Shown here: positions 39,252-49,065 of the stretch, one piece after another
Numbering within the stretch: position 1 is the stretch's first letter
How the letters are laid out: every line of letters begins with the position of its first letter
NCBI GenBank assembly: GCA_038870975.1
Contig: JAVZJD010000002.1
Span: 64,001-128,000 of the forward strand
Length of the DNA: 64,000 nt
From: Candidatus Bathyarchaeia archaeon
GTDB taxonomy: Archaea > Thermoproteota > CALKCG01 > B24
Direction of reading: 5' to 3'
Notes under the pieces: model-generated
Seen by the model: the letters and a program-made list of their open reading frames with translations, nothing else
Databases searched by the model: none
What the model was told of the DNA's origin: nothing
Program-made: the position numbers and the translations under genes

Positions 39252-40406
39252 CTAATTTAACAACCTATTCACTCTATATTTTCTACTCATCTTCAAGAAT
39301 TCCCTAAAGTTTTCTATGCTCATTTCATACGGTATATCTCCTTCAGAGCTCAGTATGAATCCTCCGCCTGGACTACCTGTTCTAAGTCTGTCGAGTATGT
39401 GTTCTTTAAGTTCCTCTAGACTCATAAGCCCTATGTGTTTGCTTAAGCCTCCCTGAAGGCATAGCTTATCTCCATAATTCTCCTTCAACCTCTTCAGATC
39501 CATGTTGTCAGAGGGGCCGATTGGGTTTAAAACATCCAAGTGGGCGTTTACTAGTAGTGGTACTATAGCGTTTATGTTTCCATGGCTGTGCATATTTACG
39601 AAGGCTCCATACTTGTGTGCCAATTCTATGGCTTTCCTATGCCATGGATATATCAGTTCTTCGTAGAGCTTAGGCTGTATGAACATACCTTTATTGTATC
39701 CTAAATCTTCAACCCAGCCTATCATTAAAGCTCCCCGCTCTAAGAGGTTCTTTTCAGCTTTAAGGTTGAATTCCCCTATTTTAGCCAAGAGCCTCCTGTA
39801 GAATTCACGTCTAATGTAGATGTCTTTGAGCGTCACTTCTAAGGGGCCTCTAAGGAAATACCAAACACCTGAGAAGAAGCCGTTTATACTGCACATTGGG
39901 AAGAAGCCTCTATCTACAACGTATCTTATTTTCTTCTCAAGACCCTCATACCTCTCAGAGTCGTCTGGGTCTGGGAGCTCAAGCTCCTCTAGATCATCCT
40001 CACATTCAACGGGATACTTTACATACTCTCTAGCCCAAATCCTCCTAGCAGTACCCATACGCCATAAAGCCCCAGTCTCCCACTCTACAGTATAGGTTTC
40101 ATCACTGGATTCAACAACCCTTTTAACTCTAAAACCTCCACCGCCAACGCCTACGATGAAATTATCCATAAAATCAGCCTCTCTAAGTACTCTATCTAAG
40201 CTTGAGTATTCCACAGCTACTAATCCATAGGCAGTTTTCTCAGCTTCTCCCGCCATTCTAACGCCTTCTTCAATAATTGGTGAGAATTTAGCCCTAGCTA
40301 TTTCATTCGTAAAATCAATGATCTGAGGTGTTACAGGCGGCTCTTCATGCAACACCGTAGCAAGTACGCATTCAAACCTATTGACCAAACTCAAGCCCCC
40401 GTTCAT
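39252..40406 (-). CDS. URO-D/MtaA (uroporphyrinogen decarboxylase superfamily) protein
   Basis: LPDPDD, EDLG, MHSHGN, DVLNP, MDLKRLKE.YG, GGGFILS. Confidence 0.83.
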   Translation of the reverse strand: MNGGLSLVNRFECVLATVLHEEPPVTPQIIDFTNEIARAKFSPIIEEGVRMAGEAEKTAYGLVAVEYSSLDRVLREADFMDNFIVGVGGGGFRVKRVVESSDETYTVEWETGALWRMGTARRIWAREYVKYPVECEDDLEELELPDPDDSERYEGLEKKIRYVVDRGFFPMCSINGFFSGVWYFLRGPLEVTLKDIYIRREFYRRLLAKIGEFNLKAEKNLLERGALMIGWVEDLGYNKGMFIQPKLYEELIYPWHRKAIELAHKYGAFVNMHSHGNINAIVPLLVNAHLDVLNPIGPSDNMDLKRLKENYGDKLCLQGGLSKHIGLMSLEELKEHILDRLRTGSPGGGFILSSEGDIPYEMSIENFREFLKMSRKYRVNRLLN

Positions 40407-40453
40407 ATACGTCTATTAAAGCTTGATTAAAAGTTCTACTGGAGATTTTAAAT

Positions 40454-40851
40454 TCACGGTTCTACTCTTCTTATTTCGCTAACTGAATCGAAGCCTCTAT
40501 TGAAACTTACCAAAGTGCTTATCTTATTTTCTAAAGCTACTGACACATGAATAGCATCCCTAGGTCGAAGTTTATACTTCTCCATTATTTCTTGTGCTTT
40601 AAAAATCGTCGTCTTTTTATTCTGAGAAACTTTAAGTTTGGAAAACTGAGAAGTCTCCCTCTAATATTGAAAACTCTACTCAGAAAATTCTTCTAACGAC
40701 CTAGGTAACTTCATCCCATGTAAGTGTGGAAGTATAGGCGTCAATCTTTCCAAATGCTACTTTTAAGAGGAAATCCCTATCTTAGCCTCAGCCACGAAGA
40801 TTCATCGTAAATAACCGGATATAGGAAGATGTTTGAATCAGTGTAGAACAA
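40454..40851 (-). pseudogene. vapC: VapC PIN toxin, disrupted
   Basis: FYTDSNIFLY...KYKLRPRDAIHVSVALENKISTLVSFNRGFD, with internal stops and frameshifts. Confidence 0.8.
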
Positions 40852-41080
40852 ACCGTTCCTCAACCTCTTCTTCGATTAACTTCTTCAGGTCTATTTCCTT
40901 TTTCAATTTCCCGCTAGTAGTCTTCAACAAATTTAGATGGATTTTCCCTGGGTCTAATCAATACACCTTCTCTTATAAACTCCATTACAACTTCACCTCT
41001 TGGCCAATACCTAAGAAGTCTCTAACGACCTTTGGAATTACTACCTGTCCCTTGCTTCCAAGCTTCCGCTTAATCGACAT
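40838..41080 (-). pseudogene. AbrB/MazE-type antitoxin, frameshifted
   Basis: MSIKRKLGSKGQVVIPKVVRDFLGI then frameshift; overlaps the PIN start. Confidence 0.8.
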
Positions 41081-41154
41081 TCTAACCACTAAATATGTTC
41101 AACTTTTAATTTAAACCCTATCCCATAGTTTATGCTATGGACGGAAAAATTGGT

Positions 41155-44100
41155 CTATCGAGTGGAGTGGCTGACGTAGACTACTAATTCTACTGGTCTC
41201 TCTACCGTGCCAATATTTACTAAACCTTCTTCCCTACTGTAGTCAGTCCACTCTCTGCCGTCTAACTCCACTTTTTCGATAGGATGTCTAAAGTATACCT
41301 GTATTGATTTCGGCGTTTTCCTCGTAGGTGGGTTTAGCTTCATCCTTATGAAGCCATCTGAGGGTTTTGATTCAACTTCGAAAGATAGTGGTCCGAAGTA
41401 GGTAGCGGCGTCTCTTACAGATATTTGCTTACCGTCTTCAAGCCACTTACGTGGGACAGCCGGCATTAAGATGAGAGTATCCCCCTTCTCGTAGATCAAC
41501 ATAAGCCTTAAACATTGGCAAGCTATGGATTCATCTGAAGTCTTAAAGTGGTCTCCAGCCCAATCAGCCATCGTCGGTAGTGGATGTTCAGTCAGCATTA
41601 GCACATCCGGGTAGAATGCTACGGCGAAGGAGTTGAAGAAAGCCCTCAAAAACCTCTTCACATCCATCCTCAAGAGGTATGGGATTTGAAAGCCGTAGAG
41701 ATTAGGCTGCATTGAGAAGCCGCCTCTGCTGAACCAGTGTCGGTCGAGGTCTGGAACAGTATAGCCATATTTATCTGAAATATACCGGTTGTCTTCATAG
41801 TCTTTCAATATCCACTCCGCCGTCTTAGAGTTTGGATCCACTAGACTACATATTATCAGATGCATAGCTCCCTCCAACGTTTCACGTATCCACCCGGAGT
41901 CTCGACCACGTCTTTCAGGTCTTGAAGGTATGTGTGGAATCCAAGTTCCATCTCTGAGTTTAACCACGGGGCTTCTGATCATAGCCTCCATTACCCCGTT
42001 CAGTATGTCTCTTCCGTATGCTTCAGCTTCACGTTTAAGCCTAGATGCTTCAGGATGGTCTATCTCACTTAAGACTTCCGCTGCGGATTTTAAACCCCTA
42101 TATGCATGAGCATTTGTTGCAATCCAACACCAGAACTCAGTCACATCTTCAAGAGAGCCTGGAGGTAGAAATCCGTACTCGATAACTCGCTTTCCATTGG
42201 CATCAGTCTTCATCGTAGCTTTGCGTTCTTCTATTATCCAGTTGCAGGCTTCAACCAGGTTGGAAGCTACTCTTTTAAGCCACTCCTTATCTCCAGTGTA
42301 TCTGTAGTGTTCTGCAAAAGCCCATAAAACCCAACCGTGATGCTGACCATACTCTCCACATTCATATCCCCCGGCGCCGTAGAAGACGCCTTTGGAAGTA
42401 GAGTATCTACCAGCCATGACGGCAGTACCCTGGTAATGCGTAAAGACTTCAAGCCTCCGCTCGGCTTCGTCATGTAAACCTCTTCTATCCAATTCACTTA
42501 TTACCATAGCGCTTTCATTTGCAAAAACCCCGTAGTTGAAAGAGCTTACCCTGCACATGTATCTTTGAGAATTGGGCTCCTTATCATCCGTTATGTAGAC
42601 GTGGCTTAAATAAGCCTTGTAGAAGTCGTTCAACCACCTATCTGGAACGTGGATCTGCATACCTCTACCGAGCAAACTCCTCCAGTATTTGACAATCTTC
42701 GCTTTCTCCGCTTCATAGTCTAAGCTTTTCAACTTCTCAAATTCGAAGCTTTCAAGTAGCGTAATAGATGGAATCTTCACGTAAATATTGTGAGATTCAC
42801 CCGGGTTTATGTCAACTGTGTATAGAAGACTACCATCTAGACTTTTAACGTCTCCACGCCCCCTCAAATCAAGCATGTATCTAAGTCTCCGACTCGGAGC
42901 CTTCTCTGGATACAGAGCGTAGATAAACCCATCTTCGTAAATCAGTTGCTCTTCTACCCCTTTAACATCACGCCAGTAACTTTTACACGTCGATGTAAAC
43001 TTCAAGCTTAAGCTTTTACGTGATAAGGCTTGAGATGTAAACGTCAGCCTCACCATGCATACGATTGGGTCGTCTCCATCTATAAACTCCTCCCCCTTAA
43101 GGTCGTCGAGAGCGTCCTTAAATAGGAGAGTAGCGAAAACCTCCTGTTCATAAACTATGCCGTCTTCAACCCATTTTGCACGTACAATCGGTAGAAAACC
43201 CTCCTCCAAAGTCCTCTCTTCAGGCTCGGAGTCTGGAAGTCCAAAGCCATACGCTACGGTATCGCCTTCCCATAGAAACCTATCGGAGTATCTACCTTTC
43301 ACTCTAACGTTCCAAAGCTTTGGAATGAACACTACGCCTTTAGTATCTACTCCAAACTTCTGCCTACGCCCCTTACATCCGACTATGAAGTGTATACTCT
43401 TCTTCTTTTTAGGCATCTCCCTCCAAGCTCTCTCAAGCGTCTGCTCAGGCATCTTCCCGATTAAATCGTATATCGATGCTAAACCCTTCTCGGAAAGCTC
43501 ACGCTTATAGGCTTCAAGTTTAAGCTTCTTAGACGTCTTTGAGATAAGGACGTCATAGTCTCCTATGAATATCGCCTCCTCTCTTTCCAAGTCTCTCATT
43601 GAGAAGGAGAAGCTGAACGCTTTAGACCTAACTGTAACAATCGTCTCGTCGAAGCTATCCGCTTTATTACTATGCGTATACCAGATTCTAGCTTCAACCC
43701 CACCTGTCTCATCGCGTTCAACCTTCGACCTCCAAGAATTCTCTGATACAACCTCAACCCTACTATTGGACAGGGGCTTCAGACCCGCTAACTCGCCATT
43801 AAATACTTCAATAAAGCCATCCCAAGTCCTTTCACAATCGCCTCCACAACCCCACTCAATAGAGACATCCATAATCTTCCAAGTGGAATCCGTGTATACT
43901 TCAAAACTTTCAACTTCAGGTAAGTCCTTAGAAGATACTAGTCTAATTTTCAAAGTCCTACGGTATTCGACATCGTAATCTTTAACCTCTGGAAACTCTA
44001 CGCTGACGGGTTTAAATTTAAACGTCCAAACAAGCCCATTGGCATCTAGGTAAAATTCAGCATCCCTCCATTGGCCATTATAGAAGTCGTCTATAGGACT

Positions 44101-44337
44101 CCAGCCTGAGAATCCAGCACCAACAGCCTCCCTAAACCTAGGCCAATGACACTGCCAATACTGAAGTCTAACATCTTCCCCTTTTAAATCACTAGGTGGA
44201 GATTTAAAACGTACAACTACAGCATAAACGTCCCTAGGGTCACTCCATAAAACACCAAGCTCCCTAGGTTTAACCCAAGACTCACCGTACCTCGCAACAT
44301 TCACATAAGCATTCTTCCTAGGAATGGAGTAAGACAT
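41155..44337 (-). CDS. Large (alpha/alpha)6-barrel glycoside hydrolase-like protein
   Basis: GWVLWAFAEHYRYTGDKEWL, GFLPPG.LED, TNAHAYRGL, LMPAVPRKWL, ATYFGPLS C-terminus. Confidence 0.72.
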   Translation of the reverse strand: MSYSIPRKNAYVNVARYGESWVKPRELGVLWSDPRDVYAVVVRFKSPPSDLKGEDVRLQYWQCHWPRFREAVGAGFSGWSPIDDFYNGQWRDAEFYLDANGLVWTFKFKPVSVEFPEVKDYDVEYRRTLKIRLVSSKDLPEVESFEVYTDSTWKIMDVSIEWGCGGDCERTWDGFIEVFNGELAGLKPLSNSRVEVVSENSWRSKVERDETGGVEARIWYTHSNKADSFDETIVTVRSKAFSFSFSMRDLEREEAIFIGDYDVLISKTSKKLKLEAYKRELSEKGLASIYDLIGKMPEQTLERAWREMPKKKKSIHFIVGCKGRRQKFGVDTKGVVFIPKLWNVRVKGRYSDRFLWEGDTVAYGFGLPDSEPEERTLEEGFLPIVRAKWVEDGIVYEQEVFATLLFKDALDDLKGEEFIDGDDPIVCMVRLTFTSQALSRKSLSLKFTSTCKSYWRDVKGVEEQLIYEDGFIYALYPEKAPSRRLRYMLDLRGRGDVKSLDGSLLYTVDINPGESHNIYVKIPSITLLESFEFEKLKSLDYEAEKAKIVKYWRSLLGRGMQIHVPDRWLNDFYKAYLSHVYITDDKEPNSQRYMCRVSSFNYGVFANESAMVISELDRRGLHDEAERRLEVFTHYQGTAVMAGRYSTSKGVFYGAGGYECGEYGQHHGWVLWAFAEHYRYTGDKEWLKRVASNLVEACNWIIEERKATMKTDANGKRVIEYGFLPPGSLEDVTEFWCWIATNAHAYRGLKSAAEVLSEIDHPEASRLKREAEAYGRDILNGVMEAMIRSPVVKLRDGTWIPHIPSRPERRGRDSGWIRETLEGAMHLIICSLVDPNSKTAEWILKDYEDNRYISDKYGYTVPDLDRHWFSRGGFSMQPNLYGFQIPYLLRMDVKRFLRAFFNSFAVAFYPDVLMLTEHPLPTMADWAGDHFKTSDESIACQCLRLMLIYEKGDTLILMPAVPRKWLEDGKQISVRDAATYFGPLSFEVESKPSDGFIRMKLNPPTRKTPKSIQVYFRHPIEKVELDGREWTDYSREEGLVNIGTVERPVELVVYVSHSTR

Positions 44338-44517
44338 GTCAAACTACAATCTTACTTACTATTTCAATAGATAAAAGCCTTGTAGGAGCGTCTAACATTG
44401 AACTCTATCTTCACTTCACCGTGAATTAAGCCAATTTTGATAATGGAAAGAGAAAATACTATGATAAACCTCAAAATGCGATTCGATTCCTTCTTAACGA
44501 CGTGTTTTTTATGGTAT

Positions 44518-47058
44518 CTAAAGTTTGAGTTTCAACGTTTTTATTTCGTTATGTGAAACTAGTATTTTAGATAAGCTTTCAATTTTACGTATTTCCCTTT
44601 CAAGTATATCCGTCTCATATATTTCTCTCGGCTTATAAGGAATTGATACTTCAGCATCGACGTTATTCCCATGTGTCTCGTAAAACCTGATTACTATTGC
44701 ATTTCCACAGTCTTCCGCTTTTTTAAGAGCTGTTACCACTATGTTTTCCGGTTTAGCTTCGAGGAATGAGAAGCTTCTAGGTAGGTTTCCAACGTGTCTG
44801 TCTTCAAATCTGCTAATCAGCGGATAGTTGAACTCGTATGCTTTCCTCACTGTTTGAGACTCCCTCCAGTCTCCTCTATGTGGATATAGTGCGAAGCTGA
44901 ACCTATGCATACCCTGATCGGCTATATTCTCCTCACGTAGGAATGCTTCTTCAGATCCACCCCATCTAGGAGGATACCTTGGACTTCTGAGTAGAGACAT
45001 TCTAACTGCGTCGCCAGCCTGATCATAGCCATATTTAGAGTCGTTCAGTATGGATAAGCCAAATTTCCCATCTTCAGAAGTATAATCCACCCATTTTTGA
45101 CATGGGGCTTCATACTTAGCTCTCTCGTAGAGTGTTGCATCTGGAGATAGAGGGCTTCTACGCTTGATGTAGCCATACGGTATTTCACAAGTCGTATAAT
45201 CGCTGTGGAAGTTGAATGGCACAGTTAACTTAGCCATTCTATGAGCCGCATGCCAGTCGACTTCAAAGTCCATGCGTATCGTCGGTAGGCCGGAGTACAA
45301 TCTAATGTACACGTTGAATGTTGAGTCCTTTCTACCGTCCTGTTTAAACCTATACTTAACCAGTACAGTAGCTCTTACAGGGCCTCTCTCTAAGACTTTG
45401 ACTTCTTCAGCCTCCCTAAGATCGACGTACTTTACACCGCCTGGTTGAGTGTATATGTAGACTTCCCAAGCGTCGAAAATAGCGGCGTCGAAATCGTAGA
45501 AGAGTGTTCTTCTACCTGGATATGGATAGTCTTCGAAAACCTGAATCCTAACACCTCCACCGCCTATGAGGTTTAACCCGAGCTCTTTATCGTAGAGCTC
45601 CTCTATTACGCCGGTCTTCTCTCCGATGGATAATTTAACCTTGGAGTTTTCAAGGATTATCTTCCCATCCAGCCTGAATACTCTAACGTCTGTTTGATAG
45701 TTCCTCCAGGCGTCTACGGGTTTAAGCCTATACACTGTGTATCCTAGCGACGGGGCTTCAGCTATGATGAGCATCTTCTTCCCATCATCTACCAGTTGTA
45801 GTGGAATACTTACACCAGCTGGGTCTAATACTTCAAAAGGCTTTTCAACGTCGGCTAATTCGACTTCTACTACGTCTCTCCTACCCCAGGACAGTGGGTT
45901 GAATATGAGCAACGGTTGCCCCTCTAATTGCGTATCCACTTTAGAGGTTATGGTTTTTAAAGCCTTATCGAGAGCTTTCGATGAGAATTCTAGAAGCTCT
46001 TTAAAATCTCTCTCACAATCTCCATATATCTCCCGTATACCGGAGCCGGATATAGTATCGTGGAATTGATGCAACATTATCTTCTTCCAAAACTCTCGCA
46101 ACTCATCTTTCGGATATTCTCCACCCACGATGCTTGCGATTAGTGAAAACCTTTCAACTTCATCGATTAAAACCTCAGACCTTCTATTGATCTGTTTAAA
46201 CCTAGATTGTGTAGTGTAAACTCCCCTGTGGTATTGAAGGTACAATTCATCGGAGACGACTGGAATATTAGCCTTACCCGAATACTGTTCAAGCGTTCTA
46301 AAGTAGTCGATAGCCCTAGTACTACATACTTTAGCCGGTAGATTCGTACTTTCAACCCACTTAGACAATGTTTCCAAGTCGCTCTTCCTAGGCCCTCCAC
46401 CGTGATCTCCAACACCGTACAGTATCAGCAGGTCTTCAATACCGTGAAGGTACTTAAGCATCATAATTTGACGGTTGAACCGTCCAATGTTCTCATCCCT
46501 AATCTCTTCACTATAGCTTCCCAAGGTTTGATGTGAAAGTATCCTCGTTCCATCCGGCGACTCCCAGAAGAATACGTTAAATGGATAGTAGACCATATCG
46601 TTCCAAGACAACTTCTGAGTTAAAAAGTACTTTATACCAGATTTAGCCATTATCTGAGGTAGAGTCCAAGCAAACCCGAAGCTATCGGGTAACCAGCCGA
46701 CTTCAACATAAGATCCAAACCTCTCCTTAAAATACCTCTGCCCATAGAGGAACTGCCTTGCTAGAGACTCGCCTGAAGGCATGTTAGCGTCAAATTCAAC
46801 CCATGAGCCGCCTACAACCTCCCAACGGCCTTCTTCAATCCTCCTCTTGATTTCTCCGAAGATTTCGGGGTAGAGCTTCTCCATAATCTCATAATAACAT
46901 GCACTGCTCTGGCAGAATGTAAACATCGGATATTCTCTCATAAAGTTTAACACAGAATTAAATGTCTCCCTACAGACTTCCAACGTCTCTTTAAATGTCC
47001 AAAGCCATTCAGCGTCTATATGAGCATGTCCAATTAAATGCCACCTAGCCATAATCAT
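44518..47058 (-). CDS. GH38 alpha-mannosidase
   Basis: HAHIDAEWLW, WLPDSFG, GVGDHGGGP, HRGVYT, HQFHD. Confidence 0.95.
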   Translation of the reverse strand: MIMARWHLIGHAHIDAEWLWTFKETLEVCRETFNSVLNFMREYPMFTFCQSSACYYEIMEKLYPEIFGEIKRRIEEGRWEVVGGSWVEFDANMPSGESLARQFLYGQRYFKERFGSYVEVGWLPDSFGFAWTLPQIMAKSGIKYFLTQKLSWNDMVYYPFNVFFWESPDGTRILSHQTLGSYSEEIRDENIGRFNRQIMMLKYLHGIEDLLILYGVGDHGGGPRKSDLETLSKWVESTNLPAKVCSTRAIDYFRTLEQYSGKANIPVVSDELYLQYHRGVYTTQSRFKQINRRSEVLIDEVERFSLIASIVGGEYPKDELREFWKKIMLHQFHDTISGSGIREIYGDCERDFKELLEFSSKALDKALKTITSKVDTQLEGQPLLIFNPLSWGRRDVVEVELADVEKPFEVLDPAGVSIPLQLVDDGKKMLIIAEAPSLGYTVYRLKPVDAWRNYQTDVRVFRLDGKIILENSKVKLSIGEKTGVIEELYDKELGLNLIGGGGVRIQVFEDYPYPGRRTLFYDFDAAIFDAWEVYIYTQPGGVKYVDLREAEEVKVLERGPVRATVLVKYRFKQDGRKDSTFNVYIRLYSGLPTIRMDFEVDWHAAHRMAKLTVPFNFHSDYTTCEIPYGYIKRRSPLSPDATLYERAKYEAPCQKWVDYTSEDGKFGLSILNDSKYGYDQAGDAVRMSLLRSPRYPPRWGGSEEAFLREENIADQGMHRFSFALYPHRGDWRESQTVRKAYEFNYPLISRFEDRHVGNLPRSFSFLEAKPENIVVTALKKAEDCGNAIVIRFYETHGNNVDAEVSIPYKPREIYETDILEREIRKIESLSKILVSHNEIKTLKLKL

Positions 47059-47295
47059 TCACCGAAATACATCAATTATGTCTACACTATCCATATAAAA
47101 GCTTATTTTTCAGAGAAGCCGCACTGTATTCTCCAAGAGTTTTAACCACCTATTCAGAATCTTTTATTTTCTTACTGTAGATACACATTAAATTTGTGGG
47201 GCAATTAGTGTGATAATCGAAATGGGAGAAAACTTACCATTGTATGTTTTTAGGACTCAATGTTAACTTAACCCTACATGGGCTATTTACAATGT

Positions 47296-47721
47296 CTAAC
47301 CTTTAACGCTGGTCCTAATCTTGTGTTCTCCTCTAAACCTCCAGAGACCGATTCTAGGTGATAGTATCTCTATTTCAAGCTCCTCTATAACAGCATCCGA
47401 TAAAAGTATCTCCTGCTCATACGTTGAGATTATAGCATTGCAACGGATAGTCTTTGACAACCTATCTACTTCAACGACGTTTAAATCCAAAGCACTGGGG
47501 ATAAAATAGCTTAAAACTTCTCCACCAGGAGTATCTAGAGTCTCTAAAACGGCGTCGACTGGTGGTGGCCATAACTCTAAAGTCTCAGCTACTTTACATG
47601 GCAGATGTATATCTAAGCTTTCTGTAGTAAAGCCTGTGTTAAGTAGAGCTGGAGCTGTTAGTACGACATCCTTCACCACGTTTTTTATCCTCACATTCAC
47701 TCTCACTGGCAACGGCTCCAC
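47296..47721 (-). CDS. Retropepsin-like (clan AA) protein with Asn at the catalytic Asp position
   Basis: ALLNTGF in place of ALxDTG; ILLSD..IEELEI. Confidence 0.65.
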   Translation of the reverse strand: MEPLPVRVNVRIKNVVKDVVLTAPALLNTGFTTESLDIHLPCKVAETLELWPPPVDAVLETLDTPGGEVLSYFIPSALDLNVVEVDRLSKTIRCNAIISTYEQEILLSDAVIEELEIEILSPRIGLWRFRGEHKIRTSVKG

Positions 47722-47939
47722 CCTTCATAGGAACTATTCGCCCTAACTTAATACCTCTCTTCATTCTACCGAGCCTCTTCTTAGGCTTAAGCACAACGGG
47801 GCTCGTCATAAAACCGTCATATAACCTATTGAGTGATTCAACTAATTAAGTTTTGACCTTAAAACTCTCTAATATTTAGAGAAACTCAGATGTATGGATT
47901 ACTGCAGGTAGATATGTTTAAACCGCTTTAGGCAATACT

Positions 47940-49013
47940 GTGGTGGTGGGGTTTTTGAACGTTGAAGGGAGGCTTTATTCAAAGACTACGGGTTTTATGA
48001 AATCCTTCCATGGTGTTAGAAGAAACAGGGTGGACGATATATTCGATAGAAGGCTTTACATAGTATCAGAGCAAGGTATTCTCGTGGAAAACTATCTGAG
48101 GAAGCACCCTAAAATGGCGTTTAACCCTGGAGTACTACTGGAGGATAAAACATTGACTGTCTTTCCGAGGCTTATCTTTGACTACTACACGTATACATCT
48201 AGTATCGGGCTTTTCAAGCTAAACGTAGACGATTTAATAAATGGGGAGGTAGACCTCCCTGTTCACGCGAACATCATACTATGGCCTAAAATGTTATGGG
48301 AGTTTAGAGGCTGTGAAGATGCACGTACATTTAAAAGGGAAGATGGCTGTTTGATACTGCTGTATACTGGCTATGGGTATTTACATGAAAACGGTAGACT
48401 TAATACGACGATAGTTCAAGCATACGGCAGATTTGATGACTATTACAATTGCACTATGAGAAACTTCTTTAAAATCGGAACACTTGAAGGTGATGTCTTC
48501 CTGCCCAAGGCGAATAAAGACTCGGCATTCATAGACATGGAGGCAGATGAAGCAGTTATGTTGACTAGACCGCTTGTGGGAGACGTTGAAATCTGCTGGA
48601 GGTGTAGAGCAAACATACGGGAGGCAGTAATCTACGAGGAAACTATGGAGCCTGTACTACCCTTCGAAGATTGGGAGTGGAAGGTAGGCTGGTCGACGAA
48701 CGTTGTTAAAATATCTTCAAACGAGTATTTAATTGGATGGCATGGCATCCATAAGGAAGACTACTCGTATAGGAGTGGGTTGGCGTTGGTTGATCGAGAG
48801 GGGGAGTTGCTGGCTGTAAGCGACTACATACTGGCTCCAAAGGGTTTAAATGAAGAGTATGGCGATAGACCACTGGTAATATTTGGAAACGGTTTAGCGA
48901 TTTACGGGGAAATCCTCATATGGGTTGGAGGTGTAAGCGATTACGCAATAGGTTTCTTCACAACTGAGCTCGATAGAGCATTAGAATCGTTAAAATGGAT
49001 AAAGAGGAGTTAG
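47940..49013 (+). CDS. GH130-family mannoside phosphorylase/glycosidase (start may be ATG 47997)
   Basis: AFNPG, GCEDAR, YTGY, NKDSA, KVGWS, WHG, VIFGNG, GVSD. Confidence 0.85.
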   Translation: MVVGFLNVEGRLYSKTTGFMKSFHGVRRNRVDDIFDRRLYIVSEQGILVENYLRKHPKMAFNPGVLLEDKTLTVFPRLIFDYYTYTSSIGLFKLNVDDLINGEVDLPVHANIILWPKMLWEFRGCEDARTFKREDGCLILLYTGYGYLHENGRLNTTIVQAYGRFDDYYNCTMRNFFKIGTLEGDVFLPKANKDSAFIDMEADEAVMLTRPLVGDVEICWRCRANIREAVIYEETMEPVLPFEDWEWKVGWSTNVVKISSNEYLIGWHGIHKEDYSYRSGLALVDREGELLAVSDYILAPKGLNEEYGDRPLVIFGNGLAIYGEILIWVGGVSDYAIGFFTTELDRALESLKWIKRS

Positions 49014-49065
49014 CATCTACTATCTACCTATTTAAAAGTTGCATAGTGTTTGGCGGAGGGGAATT

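Noticed and set aside
39252-40406. hemE or mtaA assignment for the URO-D-family genes
   Set aside because: Catalytic motifs and pathway neighbours are absent.
40833-41114. 93-aa + strand ORF
   Set aside because: Antisense shadow of the antitoxin pseudogene.
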